This document shows, in pieces, positions 26,114 to 38,128 of a DNA stretch of 64,000 bases. The position numbers and the translations under genes were made by a program. The notes beneath the pieces were generated by a model that was not told where the DNA came from, did not search any database, and saw nothing but the letters and a program-made list of their open reading frames with translations. Each line of letters begins with the position of its first letter. Position 1 is the stretch's first letter. This stretch comes from Octopus sinensis (taxonomy: Eukaryota), in contig NC_043003.1 in the NCBI RefSeq assembly GCF_006345805.1, positions 54,374,001 through 54,438,000 on the forward strand, in the 5' to 3' direction.

Positions 26114-27364
26114 GTCTGTCTGTCTGTCTATATACATATATACACACATATACATGTACATATTATATATGTGTATACATATACGCATACATGTATGGCT
26201 ATGAATGTGTGCGCGTTTATGGGTATGTGCGTGTATATATATTCTATGTGTGTGCATGTGTGTTTTGAGTTTGTGCTTAAAGACCATAAATTAACCTTTA
26301 CGCTATATAAATAAAACAAATCTAACCGTTCTAAATTTATGATAAATATTTAGTCGGAGACATTTCAATTAAAATTTGAAACCTTTCAGCTAATGGAAGA
26401 ATTTTTAATGATAATGCATTTTATTAAAAGGAAACCAAGTGGTTATGTTGGGAAAATATATCCGCGAAACCAAACTCAAAATGATACTTAACCAAATTAA
26501 TATTTCTAAGAATGCTAATATAATTTCTAATCGTAATATTATGAATTCTAATGATATAAAGATATTAACTACCATGACAATTTAGAATAGGCAATTGATA
26601 TTTAATTCCCCAATTAAAATGTCTAATGATGTATTTTCTAATAATCTCAATAAAATTACACAGAAAATTGTAAATTCACCGAATGGTAAATTGCCTATTA
26701 GTAAAATAACTCTTTCGTCCATTAATACCACGAATGTAACTACTCCTTTACTTGAAAGCAATCTAGTCTTGTTGGAAAATTAAACCAAAGTGCTACTAGG
26801 CAGAAGTTCAGTAAAAAAAAAGAAGATATAGTCCATTACCTGCTCAAAACATGAAGACAAACGTTTCTCCAGATGCGCTGTCACTTAAAAAATGCAAACG
26901 TGACAATTTTAGTTGGTTTAGTCGGGAAAGTAGAATGAATAATCGAAAAGACTTAACAGCATAGAACCAGCGTCGATTGCAGGTGTGCTGCCATCTTTTA
27001 GCACCATTAACAATATTACTACTGATAATAATGATATTTTATAGAAAAATAATAAAAATAATAACAATATAAAGAAATAATAAAGATGAAAACTAAAGAG
27101 AAAACGTCATCTGTAATAAGAATTTTGCTGACTCCAAACATAACAAATAAGTCTCGGTGTATTAATAGAGAAGAAGAAAATTGCATTTTAAAAGATATTA
27201 TCAACGTAAAAATATATATTATATAAATGAATTGTTAAAACACGAAATTCTCTTAAAGTTTAAAGCGGATCTAATGCAAATTTACCAGAAAACAACAAAC
27301 ATACATAAAACTTTTTATTCACATTACCACTCATTTTTTTAAATATAAAGCATAAGTAATGAAC

Positions 27365-27695
27365 AGGTGCAGACATGGCCGTGTGTGTGTTCATTTGTAA
27401 CCATGTGGTTTCTAATTCAGTTCCACAGTAGAGCAACTTCAGCAAATGCTTTCTACTATAGCCTTAGGCCGACCAGCTTATTGGTGAACGGAAAGCCTCC
27501 GGGATCCCGTCTTGTATTCATATAGGAGTGCTTGTGTTTATGCCCCCTAACTGAGCCGTTCATCAAAAGAGCCCGACAGAATAAGGACCACACTTCAAAA
27601 TAAGTACTGGAGTCGATTTGTTTGACAAAACTGTTCGAGGTAGTGCCTCAGATAACCATATTCCATTGATGAAAAAGAAGTAAAAGATAAAAGGT
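27365..27695 (+). mobile_element. SINE family A, old diverged copy
   Basis: GGTGCAGACATGGCCGTGTG...TTCTACTATAGCCTTAGGCCGACC...AAGTACTGGAGTCGATTTG...AGTAAAAGATAAAAG. Confidence 0.7.
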
Positions 27696-27724
27696 TATGA
27701 ATGGGGGAATATTTTATAATTTCG

Positions 27725-28105
27725 TTTACTTACATTATTTACATCATTTAAATTTGACGGATATTTGTCCTCATATTAAGGTAGTTTTTATGTTGTTGTT
27801 GTTGCTGTTGTTGTTGTTGTTGTTATTATTATTATTATTATTATTATGATTATTATTATTATTCAGGTCACTGCCTGGAATCGAACTCAGAATTTTGGGG
27901 TTAGTAGCGCGCGCTCTTAACCACAACGCCATATGCTCATGGGCTTATGAGAACCTAGGTTCGAAATTTCTCCAAGACACTTGATGAAGGCTGGAGAGTA
28001 AATCAGCCGAAACTTTGTGTCAACAACAAACAGAATGAGGAAAAATATCCGTTAAACGTAAATAAAATAAATAATGCACATAATTCCTCACCTTTCAAAT
28101 ATCGT
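27725..28105. mobile_element. Inverted pair of terminal-repeat fragments from the same Penelope-like family as 8990-10159
   Basis: 27731-27775 is the reverse complement of ~28035-28080. A tRNA-like head lies at 27862-27944(-) and a hammerhead at 27976-28021(+); both are homologous to 9885-10160. Confidence 0.8.
27976..28021 (+). ncRNA. Hammerhead ribozyme motif (C3 is U)
   Basis: GACAC-TTGATGA-A-GGCTG-gagagtaaat-CAGCC-GAAAC-TTT-GTGTC; perfect 5-bp stems I and II. Confidence 0.7.
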
Positions 28106-28219
28106 TTACTATTTGACATTTGAAATAATGCAATAAGCATCTATATTTAATCAAAAAGAAATGACTTGAAATTATTAATTTACGTGGTAATGTGTGATGG
28201 TGCATAAGGTATCAAAACG

Positions 28220-28400
28220 GCTCAACCGTTAGCATGCCGGACAAGATGCTTGTCCGTCTTTACCTTCTGAGTTCAAATACCACCGAGATCGAATTTACAT
28301 TTCATCCTTTCGGGATCGATAAAATAAGCACCTGTTGAATACTGAGGTCGATATAATCCGTCCCATGAAATTGGTGAGCTTGTGCCAATATTTTAAATCA
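28220..28400 (+). mobile_element. SINE family B, diverged
   Basis: CGTTAGCATGCCGG...TTCTGAGTTCAAAT...TTTCATCCTTTCGGGATCGATAAAATAAG. Confidence 0.75.
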
Positions 28401-29734
28401 ATATGTGATGGCGCATGTGAAAACTTGTCTGATGTCGCTAAATAAACAGCTGAGAAAAATGGCGTCAAAATCAATACAAGATACTTTATATACTACTTGT
28501 TGCAAATGTCTATAGCTTGAATACCAGGTGTCATACTCATTTTATGAATGAGAAAAGGCTAAAGTTGTGAAGGTTTGTTTTTTTTTCTCAGATTTTTCTC
28601 AACTCCAAACAATGTTTTCTCAAAAAAGGCGTATTATCTGGATCGCGTCTGTTTGCCCGAGAAAAATGGCAGATCCTGATCAAATATACAGATATTTGAT
28701 AAGTTTAAAGTGCTCTGAAATTTATGAGTCATGCTTTTTCTGGGGTAAATATAAAACACCATTTCAATTTTTTCCCTAGATTAATAGTTACCCATGCGTC
28801 ATCACATATGTTCATGTACAGAAAGATTTTAGAGCAGTTAAATGTAAACGTTTGAACTGTGCCAGAAGTTTTGTCTCAGTTTCTTCAGGGAATTGAATTC
28901 AAACCCATTTGACAGGTCAATCAAACTTTCTTCATGTCGTATACTGTAGTAGTGAATACAATCAAAACAGGTTAAATACAGCACTAATAAAATAAAGAGT
29001 TGATTGCCATACAACTTGGATCTATTTGCTAGTCGCACGGCGAAAAGAACCCGGGTATCATGAGAGGGGAAAACACCTACACAGGCAATCTTGCTGAAAT
29101 ACAAATTGAACAAATAAGTTGATCACTGGTTTAAAATCATCTTCATTAATCGAACTCGAGTGTAGCATTTTACATCTTATTTTTCTTCTGTAAGACGTCA
29201 TTCAAACTGACGGTAAAATTGCAGGTATACACTTGTAAGAGTGAAAAAATGCTCATCTGTTCTAAAGCGAATACTTTTTCAACAAAAAGAAGAGCTACTA
29301 TGTCGATAGCATTGCGTGAAAATTACCTATCTGAATAATATGAAAACTTGCCTGTGTATATGGTTATCAATGACTGCACTTTTTTCCAACATAATGGGAT
29401 ACATGTTTATTTCGCAACACACTTGAAAATCTGGTTGACAGTTAATGATATTCTGTTTGCTTAGTGTGCAGCAACAACTCGTCATCTGAGCCTGTAAACA
29501 TACACAAGATAAAACGAAAAGGACAATCGCAGCTTATGGTGCTTCATTAAATTTGCATTAGTAAATAGAAGAGAAAACGAGTCTGGACGAAAAACGTTCT
29601 CCTGTTTGTTAAAAGCTTTTGCTTCAAAGCATACATGACCGCATTACTGCTGTACTGGAAACAAAATATTTTGTGGTTAGTTATTGATTTCAAATTTTGA
29701 TAGATAGCCTGCAGTTTCGGAGGAATTGAGCACG

Positions 29735-30055
29735 ATGTTCAACTGGGGTTCAACTGGTACTTACTCTATCAACCCTGAAAGGTAAAATCGACCTCGGTGG
29801 AGTTTGAACTTGGAATGCAATGCCTGACGAAATACCTATTCCTTTACTACCTACAAGGGGCTAAACGCAGGGAAGACAAACAAGGACAAACGGATTAAGT
29901 CGATTATATCGACCCCAGTGCGTAAGTGGTACTTATTTAATCGACCCCGAAAGGATGAAAGGCAAAGTCGACCTTGGCGGAATTTGAACTCAGAACGTAA
30001 CCGCAGACGAAATACCGCTAAGCATTTTGCTCGACACGTCTGTCAGTTCGTCACC
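29735..30055 (-). mobile_element. SINE family B, dimeric form
   Basis: Same two-unit plus linker structure as 15315-15712. Confidence 0.8.
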
Positions 30056-30432
30056 AATAATATTGATATTTGTACATTTGTAAATAGCTATATGTGTATT
30101 TTATTTTCTCGTGATTTCCTTGTTTGTCATCTAAACAACAATTACACAGTAAAATCGTATTTTAGTCAGTACTTTTAGTCATTTCGGTTTTGTAAACAAA
30201 TTGTTCAAACATAGCGCTACGGGAGGCTAAAGACATTTTGACTAAACTGGGTTGAGTTGTAGCATACAGACCACAATAACAACACCGAAGCCATTAAGTT
30301 TGCCTCTGTGCATATGCTTGACCTACTAGAAATAACAACGATAACCTCTTTTTGAGGTAAGACAACATATTGCTTCATAATTAATGTTGGCACAGATACA
30401 CTGAGTTGTATTATATATATATATATATAAAT

Positions 30433-30478
<46 letters not shown>

Positions 30479-30577
30479 ATATATATAATATATATAAATA
30501 TATGTAAATATATATATATATATCATAATATATATATATAAATATATATAAATATATATAAATATATATATATATCT

Positions 30578-30653
<76 letters not shown>

Positions 30654-30812
30654 CGAGAGAGAGAGGGGGGGGTTATGAGAGGTGATGGTGTCAATAAGAC
30701 CCAAAGGTGTTAGGTAATGCTGAGTAAGTGCTATGGACAGACCATAGTTAAGGTCCAGGTCCGGTGATTATGCGAATAAGGAGTCCAATGTAGGCCATAT
30801 ATCAGCATGTGC

Positions 30813-31476
30813 ATATATAAGTTTTTTTTTCACAATGAGATAAAATTCCAAGGCTGTGAAGATATTAGAACATTTATAAATAGAAATTGTTACAGCGGTT
30901 TCCGACATATTTTATATATCCCTTCATTGGAGACGGTGTGAGAAAATGGTTAAGCAATAGTTAATATTATATGAAATAGAGAGTGAAGTGGAGGAATGAA
31001 AATAGATGTGAGATATGCAGGGATATTGCATTTGTAGATCCATTCTTTAGACAGAATGGTATACATGTAAGATTCCAATGCCTTGTGAGTAAATTCCAAC
31101 AGCATTTAAAATTGGTCATTCCAAGTATAGAGTTTAAATAAAACCCTCACTTCAATAGCATTGTGTACAAACTCTATACTTGGAATGACCAATTTTAAAT
31201 ACAGTTGGAATTTACTCACAAGGCCCTGGAATCTTATGTGTACCATTCCGTCTAAAGAATGGATCTACAAATGCAATATCCCTGCATACCAATATTCCTG
31301 CACTTCACTCTCTATTTCATATGTTATCTAGAATAACTATTGCTTAACCATTTTCTCACACCGTCTCCAACGAAGGGATATATAAAATATCCCGGAAACA
31401 GCTGTAAAGACTTCTATTTATAAATGTTCTATCTTCACAGCCTTGGTTGTTTTTTTATCTCATTCTGAAAAAAATT

Positions 31477-31483
<7 letters not shown>
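30813..31483. mobile_element. ~320-bp-arm inverted repeat (fold-back of Penelope-like terminal repeats) with two decayed hammerheads
   Basis: 30813-31135 is the reverse complement of 31169-31483, with a 33-nt spacer. Hammerhead-shaped motifs lie at 31363-31411(+) and 30887-30934(-). Confidence 0.85.
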
Positions 31484-31550
<67 letters not shown>

Positions 31551-31565
31551 CATATAATATATAAT

Positions 31566-32078
31566 AGTTAGTTAGTTAGTTAGTTAAATTGGCTCAAAAG
31601 CAAATAGCAAGGCCATGTAGGGGGACATGGAGTTAAGTACAGGGTGGTGTTCATGTAAAGAGTTCAGGCCACTTGAGGTCAAGGGAGGCTTTGAACAAAG
31701 CGGTCGTCGGCATCTTCACCATCTCGTCTGGCAGCTTGTTCCACGGATCCGCAACCCGGACGGAGAAAGCTCCTCTCCTTCGATTGAGATGAAATCGTCG
31801 CAGGTAGAGCTTTTCAGAATGACCCCGCAGCCGACGCTCTGGAGCAGGAGTGAAGAACAGCTCTTTCGAGAGGTTACACTTTCCGCTTATGATGTTGTGG
31901 GCGAGAATGAGATCACCACGGCGGCGGCGTTTTTCAAGAGAATAAAGGTCGAGCGTCCTCAGCCTTTCTTCATAGGACAAATTTTTGAGACCATGAACCA
32001 TGCGGGTAGCCAGCTTCTGGACTCTTTCGAGATGCTGTATGTCTTTGAGGAGATAAGGAGAAGAGGCTTGAATCCCGT
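31566..32078 (-). mobile_element. CR1-clade LINE 3' end (ORF2 C-terminus, 3' UTR, (TAAC)n tail)
   Basis: Open frame DIQHLERVQKLATRMV.GL..LSYEERL..L.LYSLEKRR.RGDLI...RGH..KL...F..RV...WN.LP ending at the stop at 31651. Tail (GTTA)n on + at 31566-31586. Confidence 0.92.
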
Positions 32079-32084
32079 ATGTAT

Positions 32085-32320
32085 ATGTGTGTGTGTATTC
32101 ATGTCTGTGCTTATCCAACGCTACCGCTTGACAGTCAGTGTCGGTGTGTTTACGTGACCGTATGTTAGCGGTTCGGCAAAAGAGAACGATAAATTAAAAA
32201 AAATAACAGGCTTAACAGAAGACATAAGTAATAGGGTCGATTCATTCGAGTAAAATTCTTCAAGGCGGTACCCCAGCGTGGCTTCAATTTAATGAGAGTA
32301 ACAAGTAAAGATAAAAGATA
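32085..32320 (+). mobile_element. SINE family A, 3' half
   Basis: CGCTTGACAGTC.GTG..GGTGTGTTTACGT...TTAGCGGTTCGGCAAAAGAGAACGATA...AAGTAAAGATAAAAG. Confidence 0.75.
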
Positions 32321-32360
32321 AACATATATATCTATCTATACACACGCACATATACACACC

Positions 32361-32446
<86 letters not shown>

Positions 32447-32600
32447 CACATACATAGAAGCACAGCTATACACACGCAAACACACACGTGTGCGTGTGTA
32501 GAAGAGCTGGTCAGGCAGAAACGTTTTGATCATATGTCTGTTTGATCAGCGTTGACTTGAGGCTAATAACAACAACAATAACAACAAACACCATCACCAT

Positions 32601-32634
<34 letters not shown>

Positions 32635-32996
32635 GCTACTACACTTCCAAATCACCTGTGTGTATAGGTTCAATGAAGCAATGCAACTGTTTTTACGTAA
32701 AGATTGAAATAAATAAATTTCTACTTATTTCTCTCTTCCCACCTTGCACAGCTTTGAGCCTAGCCACATCTGCCCCCTCCATACTCTTATTCTCGCTACC
32801 CCCTCACACCTCAATTTCCATTTACTTTAGATTCTTTTTTTTTCTTTTCTTATTTACTTTTCTTTCTGTTTTTTTTTCTTCTTTACGTTTCACTTTTCCG
32901 TCTCCTCTTTATAAAGACGTAGATTTGTATACGTAAATACATCTATCCGTCTATCCACAGTTATATGTCTATCCACCCACCACACAAACAAATACA

Positions 32997-33028
<32 letters not shown>

Positions 33029-33145
33029 TATATATGTGTATGTACAGATATATACATGTATATGTATGTGTATATATATATATATATATATATGTATATA
33101 CATACACACTGACATATATACATATATTTATATATATACATATGA

Positions 33146-33190
<45 letters not shown>

Positions 33191-33444
33191 TATATACAAA
33201 TATATAGTTATTTATATATATGTCTTTTTCTCATTCATTTCTAATTCCGTGTCCCTTAAGACGATGTCTAACTTCTCACTCCCCCTCTGTCTCTTTCTCT
33301 CTCTCTTTGTCTCTATCTTTTATGCTACCTTTTTTCTGTCACTACTCTCTCGCTTTCTCTGCTTCTTTCTCTCTCCCATCTCCTTCACTCCCATCTCTCC
33401 CATCTCTTTCTCTCTGCCTCCCACGTTTTTCCTCATTCTCTTTA

Positions 33445-33642
33445 ATCTTTTACTTTTTTTAATAATTTGACTATGGCCATGCTGGAGCACCACCTTTAGT
33501 CGAACAAATAGACTCCAGGTCTCTTTTGTTTGGAAGCCTAGTACTTATTCTATCGGTTTCTTTTGCCGAACCGTTAAGTTACGGTTACGTAAACACACCA
33601 CCATTGGTGGTCAAGCGATGTTGGGGGACAAACAAAGACACA

Positions 33643-33719
<77 letters not shown>

Positions 33720-33890
33720 CATATATATGACGAGCTTCTTTCAGTTTCCGTCTACCAAATCCATTCACAAGGCTTTGGTCGGCCAGAGGCTATAATAGAA
33801 TACACTTGCCCAAGGTGCCACACAGTGGGACTGAATCCGCGATCATATATTTCGTAAGCAAGCTACTTACCACACATCCACTCCTCCGCC
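33445..33890 (-). mobile_element. SINE family A, full length
   Basis: Reverse complement of head, internal microsatellite and tail. Possible TSD ATTCTCTTTA at 33435-33444 and 33894-33903. Confidence 0.88.
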
Positions 33891-33994
33891 TATATTCTCT
33901 TTACCTTTCACTCCACCCCTGCATCCATTTTGTGTATGTGCACACCTGTGAATCAAGATGCGTTACATAAATACTAACACTATTGCAAACAGCA

Positions 33995-34377
33995 TCATCG
34001 TACCTCTCTTGCCTCCTCCTCCTCCTCCACCTTCATCATCATCATCATCATCGTTAACATCATCATCGTCGTTATCATTATTGTCGTCATCACAATCATC
34101 GCCGTCATCACTATCATAGTCATGATTGTCGTCGTTGTCAGTTTCATCATCATCATCATCTTCATCATGACCATCATCATCATCACCGTCATCATCATCA
34201 TCATCATCATCAACAACATCATCATCGTCAATATCGTCATTATCGTTATCATCATTGTCGTCATCACAATCATCGTCATCACCGTCATAGTCGTGATTGT
34301 CTTCGTTGTCAGCCTCATCATCATCATCATCGTCGTCATCATCATCATCATCGTCGTCATCATCATCATCATCGTTG

Positions 34378-34421
<44 letters not shown>

Positions 34422-34670
34422 GCCGTCGTTATCGTCAGCATCATCATTATCCTCACAGCCACTGTCGCTATTGTATTCCTTAGTACCGACACCATCACAA
34501 GGCTATGATCACCAGAAAGAAGACCTCCATCACAACCATTGCTGTCGCCTCCTTTCTTAATCACCAACACCACCACCGCAACGGTTCATCGCCAACTCAT
34601 ACTGCGATCCTCAGCAGAAACATCACGGAGACCATCATCATCATCATCATCATCATCAATACCATCTCAT
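33995..34670. repeat. Degenerate (CAT/CGT)n trinucleotide array
   Basis: Poly-CAT with CGT/CAC variants; source of the poly-Met/Ile/Ser ORFs. Confidence 0.9.
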
Positions 34671-35439
34671 ACAGCAAAACAACATTAACAACAGCTCCAC
34701 ACTTACAAATACCATCACCACAACTGTCTTTATCAACATAACGTCATGTGACTTGATTTGAATTTTATTTCGCATCATTGATTTATTAATCACACCATCC
34801 TACCAAAATTACTCTGCCCCATCTAGCTTCCCTCTCATCCATTCACACACACACACACACACACCACACACACAGACCTACACGCACACATACACACACG
34901 CAGGCACGCACACACACACACAGACATGCGCGCACACACACATACACATTCGCACATACATATATACATGCACACACAATAAGTAAGTAAATAATTCGCG
35001 CCTCATTTCGTTCCGATATCGATCTAAAGTTTATCACCAAATCTAGCTGGAAATTATTAAATGATTATACATACATACATACATACAACTACATACATAC
35101 ATACATACATACATACATACATACATCACCATCATATATATATATACATCTTAAAACTTGTGCTGTCTTGCATGTGTGTGTGTGTATGTATATATGTTGT
35201 ATGTGTCTATATATATTATGTATGCATATATATGTGTGTGTGTGTGTATACAGACATATATATATGTATATATATATATATAATATATATATATATATGT
35301 ATATATATTTATTATCACATCATTACCATATATATATATATATATTATATATATATGTATATATACAAGTACATATCTATATCTATCTATCTATCTATCT
35401 ATCTATTTATCTATCTGTCTATCAATCTATCTATCTATC

Positions 35440-35485
<46 letters not shown>

Positions 35486-35759
35486 GATGTATATATGTGT
35501 GTGTGTCTACCTATAAGAATATATGTAGATGTGTGTGTATGTGTCCATGTGTGTATACGTAAATCTGAATATGCTTATGAAGTTCTGAATATATGTGGGT
35601 ATTTTGCCACAAACACACAGACCAATACACTCAAACATGCACGCACACAAACGTGTATGCTTGTGTTTGTATTCTCTGTATTTGCTTCTGTTAGTTTGTA
35701 GGTTTGTGTTTGTATAATTAGAATTAGAATGATATATTTAAGTATGCAGCGCTTGATTG

Positions 35760-36295
35760 CATGCCTATGTATGTATTTATGAGTGTATGTATGTATGTAT
35801 GTATGTATGTATGTATGTATGTATGTATGTATGTATGTATGTATGTATGTATTTAAGTAGTATGTATGAGTGTATGTATGTATGTGTGTATGTATTTATG
35901 TATGTATTTATGTATGTATGTATGTATGTGCGTATGTATGTATGTATGTATGTATGTATGTATGAGTGTATGTATGTATGTGTGTATGTATGTATGTATG
36001 TATGTATGTATGTATGTATGTATGTATTTAAGTAGTATGTATGAGTGTATGTATGTATGTATGTATGAGTGTATGTATGTATGAGTGTATGTATGTATGT
36101 ATGTGCGTATGTATGTATGTATGTATGTATGTATGTATGTATGTATGTATGTATTTAAGTAGTATGTATGAGTGTATGTATGTATGTGTGTATGTATATA
36201 TGTATGTGCGTATGTATGTATGTATGAGTGTATGTATGTATGTGTGTATGTATGTATGTATGTAGTATATAGTATGTATGTATGCATGCATGTAT
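35760..36295. repeat. (TATG)n array with higher-order repeat
   Basis: The interruption TTTAAGTAGTATGTATGAGTG recurs at ~35852, ~36027 and ~36154. Confidence 0.9.
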
Positions 36296-36415
36296 GTTTG
36301 TACGTAGTTATGACAGTGTGTATGAGCATATGCGTTTCTGATGGGAGGCAGTGGTTGATCACGTGCTTTTATGTATGTCTATGTGTGCCTATGTGTGTAT
36401 ATATATGTATATATG

Positions 36416-36470
<55 letters not shown>

Positions 36471-37276
36471 TAAATATATGTGTGTGTGTGAGTGTGTGTG
36501 TTAGAGAGAAACCGTTTATTAAAGTTTAGACAAATGAGAATTGCAAAATGAAAAAAATATGGTATATCTATTTGTATGAGCTTTAAGAACATTTATCAAC
36601 ACACTAAAACACAGAGGCTCACCCACACTCATTGACATACACATGTATATGTACGTCTGTCTCTTTCTCTCTCTCTCTCTGACTATCTGAATATATATGT
36701 GTGTGTGTGTGTGTGTATGTGTGCAGGGAGAAGGGCAGACGAAGACAGGGAAAGAGCTATTAAAATCAAATTAAACCTTATCTGATAAGTACTCAATATG
36801 TATAGTGAAGATAAATATTTATTATATAGTGTACACACACACGCGCACACACACACATACATATCCACACCTATGACTCTCTCCTCACACGCATATAAGC
36901 ATCTGTATGTGTCTTGCATGTATGCATGTGTGTGTATGTGTGTGTGTGTGTGTGTGTATATTTGTATTTATTTGTGCTTGAGTTTTATCTACTGTTCATC
37001 TACTCATCCAATATATACACATAGACGCCAAATGGTTTCTATATTTGTACAAGCCGTAATTAGTGTACATAGTATTTAATATATACATTATATATACACT
37101 CATTAATCATTATAAATTAAACAAATAGCCACCGTATACACACTAAGAACAGCATCCGTAGACACTAATACGTCATTTAACTTACTCTACACAGTCTTTG
37201 AATTGCCCACGCACACTCAAATAAATACACATGCTCACACGTACACACAGTAATATATACGCTCATACACGAACAG

Positions 37277-37323
<47 letters not shown>

Positions 37324-37759
37324 CATGTGTGTATATATGTGTGTGTATTTGTGTGTATATGATAGTTGTGCATAACAATATACTCACTAAGCGCATATTT
37401 AAAATAAAGTTCATACTCACAAACAGACATAAAGCTATCTATCGTACCTATTACAATGCGTAACTTTACGGTCTATATTTTTACCCCTTGTTGAAGTTAA
37501 CATTTTGACTCAACACAGGTCTCACACCAGCTGAACGCAAGCATATTCGGAGAGACACACACTGCATAATGAAGATGTGAAGATAAAATAAAGCATTGTT
37601 TTAGTGATGCTAAAGAAACGCAGAACATACCTTCTAAAGGCACTCTTCGAAGTTATCTTCTTTCAATTCGTCGAACATATTTGAGTTTGGCAGTACTGAA
37701 GAAGTATTTGTATAGTCAGGGTTCAAGAAAACAATATAGGTTAACGTAAATCCTTTTTA

Positions 37760-38128
37760 AGCCTGAAATTTGGGGGGAGTGGGGAATAGTCGAGTCCATC
37801 GATCCCAGTGTTTCACTGGTACTTAAATTATCTACCTCGAAATGATGAAATTGACATCAGCGGAATTTGAACTCAGAACGTTGCGGCAGACGAAATACTT
37901 ATTTCTTTTCTATCCACAAGAGATAAGCACAGAGAGGACAAACAAGGACAGACAAATGGATTCAGTCAATTACATCGACCCGAGTGCATCACTGGTACTT
38001 ACTTTATCGACCTCGAAAGGATGAAAGGTAAAGTCGACCTCGGCGGAATTTGAAATCAGAACGCAGCGGCAGACGAAATACTGCTAAGCATTTCGTCCGG
38101 CGTACTAACGATACTGCCAGCTTGCCGC
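37760..38128 (-). mobile_element. SINE family B, dimeric form
   Basis: Two GGAATTTGAA.TCAGAACG units plus linker; head CTGCCAGCTTGCCGC at 38114-38128. Confidence 0.85.

Noticed and set aside
27862-27944. Possible tRNA genes (also 23548 and 56075-56149)
   Set aside because: A/B boxes are present but a full cloverleaf with acceptor stem is not evident, and each is attached to a repeat body; called tRNA-derived heads.
28525-29660. Possible DNA-transposon remnant
   Set aside because: No TIRs or transposase motif could be established by eye.
31627-32157. 176-aa plus-strand ORF
   Set aside because: Antisense shadow of the CR1 ORF2 C-terminus.
33995-34576. 193-aa poly-Met ORF
   Set aside because: Product of the (CAT)n array.
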